DNA of 64,000 bases from Desulfobacterales bacterium. GTDB taxonomy: Bacteria; Desulfobacterota; Desulfobacteria; Desulfobacterales; UBA2156. The first letter of the stretch is position 1; each line of letters starts with the position of its first letter. A model generated the notes under the pieces. The model was not told the origin of the DNA. It ran no database searches and worked only from the letters and a program-made list of their open reading frames with translations. Position numbers and translations under genes: made by a program. Of this stretch, positions 45,059-54,521 are shown in pieces. Location: the NCBI GenBank assembly GCA_011049715.1, contig DRHF01000057.1, positions 797-64,796 of the forward strand, in the 5' to 3' direction.

Positions 45059-46297
45059 TTAAAAATGGGCCCGGATTCCACCACCGAATCTACCCAGTTC
45101 TGATATGTTATCAAACTCATCATATGCCGATCTTCCCTCAAGGTAAATTGAAAAGTTGGGTCCATTGGGATTGTCGGTGAGCTGGTAGCCTGTATTCAGG
45201 ATGAAATCTGCTCTTGTCTTAAACGTCGTATGCCACATACCATGACCCGCACTGAGAAAGAATCTGGGCGCCGGGTAGTAGGAGAGCATTATGTCCGCTA
45301 TGGTTGCCGGATTATCACTGCAACCGTTCAGTAAGGGAGCACCTCCCACCAACGCGGTTATAGCGACTTTCTCAGTGATCTTATGCATATATCCAACTCT
45401 TATCGGTAAAAACGTCGCTGGATCAAATTGTTGCAACAGGCCGATATCTGCGACAAAAAATCCTCTCTTTAGGACGGTTACTTCTCTGGTGCAACTGTTC
45501 ACGGGGCTTTCGTCCCCGGCATCATCCTTTACCACTGCCTGTATCTTGTGAACACCGGCCTTTTTCATTTTCGTTTTGTAAATAAAGGGTGCCTCTTCAA
45601 CAACTTTCTCTTCCACTACGCTCCCTTTGGAATCGATAATTGTAAAGGTAACAGATATGATTTTTCCGTCAGAATCAACCGATTTTGACGCGTCAGACAT
45701 AACGGTGGTTCCGGTTAAAAACCTTTCGGGTGAGACCGTTAGATTACATTGCGGGGGCTGATTTTTCGGAGCTTCAACGACTTTAGCCACCTCTTTTTTC
45801 GGTTCGGTTTTAATCGGTTCGGTTTTAACGGGTGCTTTCACCGGGATATCGGTAACGCTTTTCAATGCAATATTAAAGCAGACGCTAGGGATAATGAATT
45901 CATAGGCCCGATTATTGTGCTCAATGACAAACCGATATCCTTCAAAGGGAGCCTTCCCTGCCCATTCCACATCGTTTAATACGAAAACCTTTTTCTTTTT
46001 TTTAAAGATCATCCACATGAAGGTTTCACCCGGTGAGACCTGAACTGCATCAATTTTTGCGGTCTTGAGTTGCTCCATAAACGGATGAAACAGATTTACG
46101 GCCCCGGCTTTTATAAAACCAAGCCTGGCATCCTCTTTATTTTTCATTATAATCGGATAAATCGCTTCGGCTTGCAGGTCCTCGACCTTGAAAAAAGGGC
46201 TGATTCCAAGCCGTTTTAACTGGGTTGAGGCATAAAGCGGGCGGATTCCAAAGAGAAAGGACAAGGCCAAAACAAGAAAAATAACTTTCTTTTTCAT
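45059..46297 (-). CDS. exported protein with Ig/PKD-like middle region and beta-barrel-like C-terminus ending in Phe (outer-membrane-like)
   Basis: Track ORF 45059..46363. I chose ATG 46297 (MKKKVIFLVLALSFLFG signal peptide), preceded by AAGGAGGG. C-terminal ...GGGIRAHF. Confidence 0.7.
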   Translation of the reverse strand: MKKKVIFLVLALSFLFGIRPLYASTQLKRLGISPFFKVEDLQAEAIYPIIMKNKEDARLGFIKAGAVNLFHPFMEQLKTAKIDAVQVSPGETFMWMIFKKKKKVFVLNDVEWAGKAPFEGYRFVIEHNNRAYEFIIPSVCFNIALKSVTDIPVKAPVKTEPIKTEPKKEVAKVVEAPKNQPPQCNLTVSPERFLTGTTVMSDASKSVDSDGKIISVTFTIIDSKGSVVEEKVVEEAPFIYKTKMKKAGVHKIQAVVKDDAGDESPVNSCTREVTVLKRGFFVADIGLLQQFDPATFLPIRVGYMHKITEKVAITALVGGAPLLNGCSDNPATIADIMLSYYPAPRFFLSAGHGMWHTTFKTRADFILNTGYQLTDNPNGPNFSIYLEGRSAYDEFDNISELGRFGGGIRAHF

Positions 46298-46524
46298 TTT
46301 ACCCTCCTTAGGATATCGAGCGATATCTATCAAAATTATAAATGGCTGCAATACCGGGTTCAATGGCCGATTTTGAAAAAACTGCTGATTTCATCCCCAC
46401 ACATAAATCCAGAAAACTCAACGATCGGTCAAATTACTAGGTAACTATATAATCCCAGTCTTAAAATATCAAGCTATAAACACTATTTTTGTTGGTTCTA
46501 TGTAAATAACATCGGTAGGCCTTC

Positions 46525-46613
46525 AAGTTTCTCCCCATTTATTTTACGAAGACCCGCTTTCGGCGTGGGCCGGATACAACTCTCCGGTGGATTGGAGGTG
46601 CGAAACTTAAATT
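46525..46613 (+). repeat. R2 structured repeat, copy A (complete imperfect palindrome) upstream of tRNA-Gly
   Basis: Left arm AAGTTTCTCCCCA (46525-46537), central GC hairpins (CCCGCTTTCGGCGTGGG; CCGGA..TCCGG), right arm TGGAGGTGCGAAACTTAAATT (46593-46613). Confidence 0.75.
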
Positions 46614-46642
46614 GTATAAATAAAAATAATTTGTTAAAAATA

Positions 46643-46671
46643 TTGACAATAATTATTTTGTGGAATATCCT
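46643..46671 (+). promoter_or_regulatory. sigma70-type promoter of tRNA-Gly
   Basis: TTGACA (46643-46648), 17-nt spacer, TATCCT (46666-46671). The tRNA starts at 46683. Confidence 0.65.
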
Positions 46672-46682
46672 ATCTTATTCGG

Positions 46683-46758
46683 GCGGGCATAGCTCAGCTG
46701 GTAGAGTACAAGCTTCCCAAGCTTGGTGTCGCGAGTTCGAATCTCGTTGCCCGCTCCA
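46683..46758 (+). tRNA. tRNA-Gly (anticodon CCC)
   Basis: Hand-folded cloverleaf: acceptor GCGGGCA/TGCCCGC, D-arm GCTC/GAGT, anticodon stem CAAGC/GCTTG with loop TTCCCAA, T-arm GCGAG-TTCGAAT-CTCGT, discriminator U, encoded CCA. 76 nt. Confidence 0.95.
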
Positions 46759-46902
46759 AGGATGTCCGTCTTTTCATTTGTCTGGGGTGTTTGGGTAGAG
46801 CTTTTATTTATGTATATGTGGTTTGTAGCTACTTCTTTCTGATGGTTGTCTTTATGAAAAGGTAATTTTTACTCACAACAAAAGATCTACCTGGATGAAA
46901 GG

Positions 46903-46931
46903 AAACGGGCAATAGCCCGTTTTGTGCTTTT
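46903..46931 (+). terminator. intrinsic terminator downstream of tRNA-Gly
   Basis: AAACGGGC-AATA-GCCCGTTT followed by TGTGCTTTT. Confidence 0.65.
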
Positions 46932-46946
46932 GGATTCAGCTGAACA

Positions 46947-47504
46947 GTGAACCAAGTGGTGAAAGATCAAAGAAAAAATAAAAAAGTAAAAAGATCAAAG
47001 CATGATCTTTCTGCAACTCCTTCCTATTCTGAAAAGGAAATGATTGACAGGGCAAAAGGTTTTGCCGAAACCTTGTGTGAAGTCGAGGGAATGGAGCTGG
47101 TACATGTTGAATACCAGCGGGAACCTTCAGGAAGGGTACTTCGGATATATATCGACAAATCCGAGGGGATTACGTTGGCTGATTGCGTTCATATAAGCCA
47201 CCAGTTAAATGATATCCTGGATGTATATTTTGAAAATGGAATATCGCATCGTCTTGAAGTTTCATCTCCCGGACCGGATCGCCCCTTGGGGAAACCGGAT
47301 GACTTTGACAGATTTAAAGGGGAAGTAGCAAGGATAAAAACCAAACAATCTTTCGATGGACAAAAAAATTTTAAAGGTGCCCTTCAGGGTATCTCAGATG
47401 GAAATGTTCAGCTCCTGGTAGGTAATAAGACAGTTGCGATTCCTTTCATCAACATTGGCAGGGCACGGCTTGTGAATTATCGTGGAGAAAATAAATGTTT
47501 ATAG
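46947..47504 (+). CDS. rimP: ribosome maturation factor RimP
   Basis: 185-aa ORF (GTG). LVHVEYQREPSGRVLRIYIDK and RLEVSSPG blocks. The true start may be the internal ATG at 47040. Confidence 0.85.
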   Translation: MNQVVKDQRKNKKVKRSKHDLSATPSYSEKEMIDRAKGFAETLCEVEGMELVHVEYQREPSGRVLRIYIDKSEGITLADCVHISHQLNDILDVYFENGISHRLEVSSPGPDRPLGKPDDFDRFKGEVARIKTKQSFDGQKNFKGALQGISDGNVQLLVGNKTVAIPFINIGRARLVNYRGENKCL

Positions 47505-48880
47505 CAGATGTGAAACGCGTTATTGAGGAGGTCAGCCGCAACAAGGGCATTGACCGGGAAATCCTGATTCAAGCGCTTGAAGAAGCGCTCCGATCGGCTG
47601 CCAGAAAAAAATTCGGGGGCAAAATCGATATTGAAGTCCAGTACAGTGAAGAATCAGGAGAAATCGAGGTTTTTCAATTTAAGGATGTGATGGAAGAAAT
47701 CACGGAACCGGATCTTCAGATCGGTTTTGAAGAAGCGCGTATACTCGATCCGAACTGTGAAATTGGAGATAGTATCGGCACAAAAATGGACACCTCAACC
47801 TTCGGACGAATCGCCGCACAGTCGGCCAAACAGGTCATTATTCAGAAAATGAAAGACGCGGAAAGAGATGCGGTTTATTCCAGTTTCATCAACCGGAAAG
47901 GTGAAATAATCAATGGAATCGTCCAACGGGTGGATCGGGGTGATATCATCGTTAACCTGGGTCAAACAGAAGGTGTCTTGCCGACTCGGGACCAGATCCC
48001 AAAGGAAACCTATCGAAGGGGCGATCGGTTGAGAGCCTATATTTTGGATGTTCTCCACGATACGCGGGGCCCTCAGATTGTACTTACCCGAACCCATGCT
48101 GAATTCCTGATCAATCTTTTTAAAACAGAAGTTCCTGAAATCTCAGAAGGTATCGTAAAGATCATGGGAGCCTCCCGCGAACCGGGTAGCCGGGCAAAAA
48201 TTTCGGTCGCTTCAAACGATTCCGACATAGACCCGGTGGGAGCCTGCGTTGGAATGAAAGGAAGTCGTGTACAGGCTGTTGTTCAAGAACTCAGAGGTGA
48301 AAAAATAGATATCATTTCCTGGCATGTGGATGCAGCAAAGTTTGTTTGCAGTGCACTGGCTCCCGCCGACATATCTCGGGTGATTATCGATGAAGCAAAC
48401 CGTTCGATGGAAGTCATCGTCCCGGACGAATCACTTTCTGTAGCGATTGGTAAACGCGGCCAAAATGTGCGACTCGCTTCCAGATTGACCGGATGGCATT
48501 TGGATGTGACAAGTGAATCCCGTTACAGCCAAGCAATGAAAGACGGTTACGACTCACTGATCGCATTACCCGGAATCGGTGTAAGCTCGGCAGATGCATT
48601 ATATGAAAAGGGGTTTTTTTCAGTGGAGGAACTCAGCCAATCCACTGTTGAGGATTTGATTCAAATCCGTGGCATTGCAGAGGATAAAGCTAAAAAATTG
48701 ATTGAAACTGCAAAAGAGGCCGTGGAAAGACTTGCGGCAGTCGATGAAATACCTGATGATGTATCACCGGATGAAATAAGTGAATCGCCAGAAGGCTTGG
48801 AAACCCCGGCGCAAGGGACTTCTGAGCTCAAAGTGACAAATGATGAAACTTCGCCCTCGGATAACTTGACAGCTGACTAG
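47495..48880 (+). CDS. nusA: transcription termination/antitermination factor NusA
   Basis: 461 aa with S1 and KH domains (ACVGMKGSRVQAVVQELRGEKIDI) and a C-terminal acidic extension. Confidence 0.95.
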   Translation: MFIADVKRVIEEVSRNKGIDREILIQALEEALRSAARKKFGGKIDIEVQYSEESGEIEVFQFKDVMEEITEPDLQIGFEEARILDPNCEIGDSIGTKMDTSTFGRIAAQSAKQVIIQKMKDAERDAVYSSFINRKGEIINGIVQRVDRGDIIVNLGQTEGVLPTRDQIPKETYRRGDRLRAYILDVLHDTRGPQIVLTRTHAEFLINLFKTEVPEISEGIVKIMGASREPGSRAKISVASNDSDIDPVGACVGMKGSRVQAVVQELRGEKIDIISWHVDAAKFVCSALAPADISRVIIDEANRSMEVIVPDESLSVAIGKRGQNVRLASRLTGWHLDVTSESRYSQAMKDGYDSLIALPGIGVSSADALYEKGFFSVEELSQSTVEDLIQIRGIAEDKAKKLIETAKEAVERLAAVDEIPDDVSPDEISESPEGLETPAQGTSELKVTNDETSPSDNLTAD

Positions 48881-48965
48881 AAGTAAAAAAATAAAACCGG
48901 TTGAATTGGATGAATAATAGAGTTGATCGTCTTTAAAAGCTTTAAAAGTAAACGATGGGGACTGG

Positions 48966-51500
48966 ATGTCAAATATAAGAATATATGAACTTGCCAGGGA
49001 ACTTAATATGCCCAATATGGCGCTCCTTGAAAAGTTGAAGGAAATGGATATCCTTGTGAGCAGTCACATGAGCGCTGTAGATCCTGAAACCGTGACCCGG
49101 ATAAAGGACGATCTCATGGGTACAAAGCAGGAAGAGCTTGAAGTAACGCGTATCAAACCGACGGTGATCCGAAGACGCAGAAGGACGCTGAAAAAGGAAG
49201 TCGCACCCGAAAAACCTGATGCTGAACCAGAAGCCCCTATCGAAAAAGAAGTAGCACCTTTAGAACCCGAAAACCCCGTGAAGAAAAGTGATGAAGAAGC
49301 GATCGAGCCAAAAGCTGAAGAGCTGCCTGACTTAAAGATTATAAAGCCGGAAAAGGTAAAAAAAGCAAAAAAGAAAAAGGGACCATCGGCAAAAATTATA
49401 AAACTCCCTGTATCTCCAAAGCCAAAAGTATCCGAAGTAGAAGAGGTTCAAGCTAAAAAGCCCCCAAAAAAACACGAACAGGCTGCTGTTTCTATAAAGA
49501 AAAAACCGGTTGTCCCCTCTCCGCCACCAGAGCAGGTGGAAGCGAAAAAGAAAACAAAAAAAAGACCTGAAGAACCAATAAAGGATAAAAAATTTTTCAA
49601 AAAGAAAATCTCATTCCGGCGAAAAGAAGTGGTTGAAGGTGCAGCCCTTTATTCCGAAAGGCAACGCATACGTAAGACCCGAAAGGGTGCAAAAGGCAAA
49701 ATTGCAATCTCGCCACAAAAACCACAGATTACCGTTCCCAAAGCAATCAAACGAAAATTCAAAATTGATGAAACCATCGTCCTCTCGGATCTTGCAAGAC
49801 GCATGGGTATAAAAGCCGGCGAACTCATAAAACAACTGATGTCGTTAGGTGCCATAGCAACGGTCAACCAGACGATCGATTTTGATACTGCAGCACTTGT
49901 TGCAGCGGAGTTTGACTATGAGTTGGAAAAAGCCTCTTTTGAAGAGGAGTCGATCATAAAGATTGAAGAGGATGACCCGAGCAAATTGATGCTGAGACCT
50001 CCGGTGGTTACCATCATGGGCCATGTTGACCACGGTAAAACATCTCTTTTAGATGTGATACGTAAAACAAGGGTAACCGATTCTGAGGCGGGGGGAATCA
50101 CACAACACATCGCTGCGTATTTTGTTTCTACCGAAAAGGGCCATATTGTTTTTTTGGATACACCGGGCCATGAAGCGTTTACGGCAATGCGCGCAAGGGG
50201 AGCCAAGGTTACCGATCTAGTTGTTTTGGTGGTTGCGGCTGACGATGGCGTAATGCCACAGACCATTGAAGCTATCAACCACTCCAAAGCTGCGGAAGTC
50301 CCGATTATTGTTGCGATCAACAAAATCGACAAACAAAATGCGGATCCTGAACGTGTGCGTCGTGAACTTTCAGAAGCAGGGATTCTGTCTGAAGACTGGG
50401 GAGGCGACACAATATTTTTGGAAGTATCCGCCAAGGAGAACCAGGGTATAGACAATCTTTTGGAGATGATACTTTTACAGGCAGAGTTATTGGAGTTAAA
50501 GGCCAATCCTGAGAAACTGGCCAGAGGCCACGTAATTGAAGCAAAGTTAGACTCGGGTCGAGGACCCGTCGCCACGGTACTGATCAAGGATGGAACTATC
50601 CATACCGGTGAATCTGTGGTGTGCGGGATACACCATGGGAAAGTTCGTGCCCTGCTGAACGAAAGGAGCATTCGGGTCGAAAAAGCCGGTCCATCCATAC
50701 CGGTAAGGATATTAGGTCTCTCCGGCGTTCCTTTGGCGGGTGACGAATTGATTGCACTCCCATTTGATAAAAGCGCCAAACAGGTCAGCATTTTCCGCAG
50801 TCAGAAACAGCGATCAAAAAATCTTTCGAAAACGAGCAGGTTAAGCCTTGAAAAACTCCACGAGAAGATGCAAGAGGGTGAAATCAAGGATCTGAATCTG
50901 ATTATTAAGGCGGATGTGCAAGGTTCGATTGAAGCCCTGAGCGACTCCTTAACAAAACTCGGCAATGAAGAAGTCAAAATAAATGTGATCCATTCCGCAA
51001 CCGGCACTATTGTTGAATCCGATGTCTTTCTAGCGGCTGGATCAAATGCAATAATTGTCGGCTTTAACGTTCGCCCGGGTCTAAAAGTTGTTGATTTGGC
51101 CAATGAAGAGAATGTTGATATTCGTTTTTATGATGTTATTTACAACGTGATAAAAGAAATTAAGGATGCGATTGTCGGAATGATGTCATCCACTTTTAAA
51201 GAGCAGAATTTGGGCAGGGCTGAGATCAGAGAAGTGTTTCGTATTCCAAAAGTCGGCGCCATCGCAGGCTGTTATGTGACCGACGGGAAAATAGAGCGGG
51301 GGCAGCGTGCTAGAATCGTGAGAGATGGAGTCGTCGGCTATGATGGGAAAATTGCATCACTTCGGCGCTATAAAGATGATGCCAAAGAGGTCCAAACCGG
51401 CTACGAATGCGGTATCGGCATTGAGAATTACCATGACTTTAAAATCGGGGATATAATTGAATGTTATTATCTGGAGGAAATTAAACCCAAAATCGATTGA
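48966..51500 (+). CDS. infB: translation initiation factor IF-2
   Basis: 844 aa. Lys/Pro-rich N-terminal region and a GTPase domain ([21 protein letters not shown]). Confidence 0.95.
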   Translation: MSNIRIYELARELNMPNMALLEKLKEMDILVSSHMSAVDPETVTRIKDDLMGTKQEELEVTRIKPTVIRRRRRTLKKEVAPEKPDAEPEAPIEKEVAPLEPENPVKKSDEEAIEPKAEELPDLKIIKPEKVKKAKKKKGPSAKIIKLPVSPKPKVSEVEEVQAKKPPKKHEQAAVSIKKKPVVPSPPPEQVEAKKKTKKRPEEPIKDKKFFKKKISFRRKEVVEGAALYSERQRIRKTRKGAKGKIAISPQKPQITVPKAIKRKFKIDETIVLSDLARRMGIKAGELIKQLMSLGAIATVNQTIDFDTAALVAAEFDYELEKASFEEESIIKIEEDDPSKLMLRPPVVTIMGHVDHGKTSLLDVIRKTRVTDSEAGGITQHIAAYFVSTEKGHIVFLDTPGHEAFTAMRARGAKVTDLVVLVVAADDGVMPQTIEAINHSKAAEVPIIVAINKIDKQNADPERVRRELSEAGILSEDWGGDTIFLEVSAKENQGIDNLLEMILLQAELLELKANPEKLARGHVIEAKLDSGRGPVATVLIKDGTIHTGESVVCGIHHGKVRALLNERSIRVEKAGPSIPVRILGLSGVPLAGDELIALPFDKSAKQVSIFRSQKQRSKNLSKTSRLSLEKLHEKMQEGEIKDLNLIIKADVQGSIEALSDSLTKLGNEEVKINVIHSATGTIVESDVFLAAGSNAIIVGFNVRPGLKVVDLANEENVDIRFYDVIYNVIKEIKDAIVGMMSSTFKEQNLGRAEIREVFRIPKVGAIAGCYVTDGKIERGQRARIVRDGVVGYDGKIASLRRYKDDAKEVQTGYECGIGIENYHDFKIGDIIECYYLEEIKPKID

Positions 51501-51552
51501 GGGTTGAAGGACGGCTTCCCCTGATTTGTTTATTAATAGCAGATAATAAAAA

Positions 51553-51840
51553 ATGGTCATTGGTTACGGGATTATCAAGTTCAGATTGCATGATTGCCAT
51601 TCTTTAAAAGGTAAAAGAAGGATTGTAAGATCTATTATCAGCAATTTGCGTAATAATTTTAACGCTTCGGTAGCTGAAGTCGCTTCAAATGATCTTCATC
51701 AGAGAGCAGAAATCGGTTTCGCCCTGGTGGGCAATAATCGGGGATTGATAAACTCCAAAATAGACAAGCTGATCAATTTGACGGATGACCTGGGAATTGC
51801 TGAGATTATCGATACTGAGATGGAAATTTTCAACCTATGA
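51553..51840 (+). CDS. DUF503 (YlxP-like) protein
   Basis: 95 aa. LHDCHSLKGKRRIV...ASVAEV. The usual occupant of the infB-rbfA gap. Confidence 0.8.
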   Translation: MVIGYGIIKFRLHDCHSLKGKRRIVRSIISNLRNNFNASVAEVASNDLHQRAEIGFALVGNNRGLINSKIDKLINLTDDLGIAEIIDTEMEIFNL

Positions 51841-52214
51841 GACCTTTTACCCGTGCCGAAAGGGTCAGCGGTCTGATCCAGAGGGCGTTGTCAGAGTTAT
51901 TGCAAAAAAATATCAAAGATCCTCGACTTGAGATGGTTACCATCACCTCGGTAAAAATGTCCCGGGATTTAAGAATTGCCAAGGTTTACTTTTCAACTTC
52001 TGGCGGAAAAATCAGCAAGGATAAGGCAATCAAAGGATTCCAGAATGCGTTTGGGTATATCAAGCGATCCCTCGGCAATCAACTCGGTCTGCGATACATA
52101 CCGGATCTTAATTTTTTTTACGATGAATCTTTTGATTATGGATCACATATTGATAAGGTTCTAAAATCCATAAAAATAGAAAATGAATCAGATCATCAAT
52201 CTTTTGAAAAATAG
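51837..52214 (+). CDS. rbfA: ribosome-binding factor A
   Basis: 125 aa. RAERVSGLIQRALSELLQ...DPRL..VTITSVKMSRDLRIAKVYF. Confidence 0.9.
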   Translation: MRPFTRAERVSGLIQRALSELLQKNIKDPRLEMVTITSVKMSRDLRIAKVYFSTSGGKISKDKAIKGFQNAFGYIKRSLGNQLGLRYIPDLNFFYDESFDYGSHIDKVLKSIKIENESDHQSFEK

Positions 52215-53154
52215 CAACCATATTTTAATTGCCTCCCACGCCAACCCTGACGGTGATGCAATAGGGGCACTGGTCGCCCTAGGGATTTCACTTGATGCCC
52301 TGAATAATAAAACCACGCTATACAACGAAAGTCCTATCCCTGCGATCTATCGATTTCTTCCGGAGGTTGATCGTATTGTCAGGCACATCGATGATCAGAA
52401 TTTTTTTGATACTGCAGTTGTACTTGACTGCGGTGAACTTGAACGCATTGGAAATGCTTTTTCGACCATCAGCCGTATTCCGCATATTATCAATATCGAC
52501 CATCATGTGACCAATACTCGGTTTGGTGAATTTCATCTCATAGACCCTTCCGCCTGCGCCACATCAGAAATTGTATACCGCCTAATAAGACGGATGGAAA
52601 CCGCCATCGATCTGGCAACAGCCACTTCCATCTATACGGGAATCTTAACAGATACAGGTTCATTTCGTTTTTCAAATACAAACAAAGCTGCCTTCGATAT
52701 CTGTGCAGAAATGGTCGCGTTGGGGGTAGAACCTTACAGTATCGCTCAACTTGTATACGGAACTTACTCTTTGGGCCGTATAAAACTTCTCAACCTGGCG
52801 CTGGACTCCATCGAAATTTCAAAAAACGGCAAATTATCGATGATGGCAGTCACTCAAAAAATGCTGAATGAAACTGGTACGAAGTCCGAGGATATCGATG
52901 GCTTTATCAATTATGCCAAAGGGCTAGAAGATGTTCAGGTCGCTGTTCTGATCCAAGAGATTTTCAATGATAAGAAAGAAGTTCAATCGCACGAACATTT
53001 CCATGTTAGCCTCCGTTCCAATGGAACGATTAATGTGGCTGAGATCGCTTCCACCTTTGGCGGCGGCGGGCATTCCAATGCTGCAGGTTTTAGTATTGAA
53101 TCAACACTGAATCACTTAAAATCTCGAATCGGCAAATTGGCTGAGACATTGTGA
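52183..53154 (+). CDS. nrnA: DHH/DHHA1 family phosphoesterase (NrnA-like oligoribonuclease/pAp phosphatase)
   Basis: 323 aa with motifs SHANPDGDAIGA, DHH (NIDHHVTN) and GGGHSNAAG. Confidence 0.85.
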   Translation: MNQIINLLKNSNHILIASHANPDGDAIGALVALGISLDALNNKTTLYNESPIPAIYRFLPEVDRIVRHIDDQNFFDTAVVLDCGELERIGNAFSTISRIPHIINIDHHVTNTRFGEFHLIDPSACATSEIVYRLIRRMETAIDLATATSIYTGILTDTGSFRFSNTNKAAFDICAEMVALGVEPYSIAQLVYGTYSLGRIKLLNLALDSIEISKNGKLSMMAVTQKMLNETGTKSEDIDGFINYAKGLEDVQVAVLIQEIFNDKKEVQSHEHFHVSLRSNGTINVAEIASTFGGGGHSNAAGFSIESTLNHLKSRIGKLAETL

Positions 53155-54074
53155 CCCGGACGATGCAATATCAACCCAGCGGGATTTTAATAGTTGATAA
53201 ACCCGCGGATGTGACTTCGGCCAAAGTGGTTGCACGGGTAAAGAAGTCTCTGAAGGCGAAAAAAGTAGGGCATGCGGGAACATTAGATCCACTTGCAACC
53301 GGCGTTTTGGTCTGTTTGATTAACCGGGCGACCCGAATTGCCCGGTTTTTTTTACAAGGGAACAAAAAATATGAAGCAGTGCTTTGCTTAGGCATCGAGA
53401 CCGATACACAGGATGCAACAGGGAAGGTCATTTCAAGATGTGACGAAATAACAGTTTCTGCAAGATCATTACGGACGGCATTCAAAATGATTGAAGGAGA
53501 AAATCAGCAGGTTCCGCCGGTTTTTTCAGCGCTCAAACAAAATGGGATTCCGCTTTATAAGCTTGCAAGAAGTGGAAAACCGGTTCAGAAACCGGCAAGA
53601 AGAGTTTTTATTTCATCTGTTCGCATGCTGGAGATAAATCTGCCAATCATTCGTTTTGAAGTCTCCTGTACTTCAGGGACATATATTCGGACACTCTGCG
53701 CAGATATTGGAAGAACATTAGGATGCGGAGGCCATCTTAAAGAACTGAGAAGACTGGAAAGCAGCGGATTTACACTTGAGAAATCCGTAACCGTAACTGA
53801 ACTTGAAAAACTTGCATCGTCCGGAAAACTATCAGAGCAAATCATAGGGATGTCAAAAGCCTTGGAAGACTTTCCTGAGATTGTGGCAGATCATACATTA
53901 GCCCAAAAAATACGGCACGGCCAAACCATCACGCGAGCTGATTTTCGTTCCGGCCAAACCGACTGCCGGCGCCCGGGCGATTTTATAAAGATCGTTGATA
54001 AAAAGGATCATCTTCTTGCAATTATAAATGAACAAAGAGATAATTGCGTGTATAAATATTGCTGCGTTCTATAA
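53151..54074 (+). CDS. truB: tRNA pseudouridine(55) synthase
   Basis: 307 aa. GILIVDKPADVTS, KVGHAGTLDPLATGVL. Confidence 0.95.
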   Translation: MTRTMQYQPSGILIVDKPADVTSAKVVARVKKSLKAKKVGHAGTLDPLATGVLVCLINRATRIARFFLQGNKKYEAVLCLGIETDTQDATGKVISRCDEITVSARSLRTAFKMIEGENQQVPPVFSALKQNGIPLYKLARSGKPVQKPARRVFISSVRMLEINLPIIRFEVSCTSGTYIRTLCADIGRTLGCGGHLKELRRLESSGFTLEKSVTVTELEKLASSGKLSEQIIGMSKALEDFPEIVADHTLAQKIRHGQTITRADFRSGQTDCRRPGDFIKIVDKKDHLLAIINEQRDNCVYKYCCVL

Positions 54075-54153
54075 TTGGGTTCTTTGTTTGGAGCCGATAA
54101 TTAAAAATAGACCTGTATAAACCTAATTTTAAGAGCTGGGAGGGAAAAAGAGA

Positions 54154-54423
54154 GTGGTTCTGACATCAGAAAACAAAAAAACGCTGATCGATCGATTCAA
54201 GCTTCACGACAGCGATACCGGGTCACCTGAAGTGCAAATTGGGCTTTTGACCCACCGGATCAATTATCTGACCGAGCACCTGAAGATTCATAAAAAAGAC
54301 CACCATTCAAGAAGGGGTTTATTGATCCTGGTCGGCAGGCGGCGGAGGCTCTTGGATTATGTAAAAAACAATAACGTAAACCGATACCGGACCATCATTG
54401 AGGCGCTGGGGTTGAGGCGATAG
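54154..54423 (+). CDS. rpsO: 30S ribosomal protein S15
   Basis: 89 aa. [37 protein letters not shown]. Confidence 0.95.
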   Translation: MVLTSENKKTLIDRFKLHDSDTGSPEVQIGLLTHRINYLTEHLKIHKKDHHSRRGLLILVGRRRRLLDYVKNNNVNRYRTIIEALGLRR

Positions 54424-54521
54424 ACCGTTTGTCAAAAGCTTAATTATGCGTCGATGAAAAGTGTTATGTTTTCGCCCTGGGATAGTGATCGGTATCGATT
54501 ATTTCAATTTTGGAGGAATTT

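Noticed and set aside
46597-46613. GUGCG within the box resembles the 5' end of a group II intron.
   Set aside because: Sequence similarity between copies stops at the box instead of continuing downstream. No domain V-like hairpin or reverse-transcriptase ORF follows any copy.
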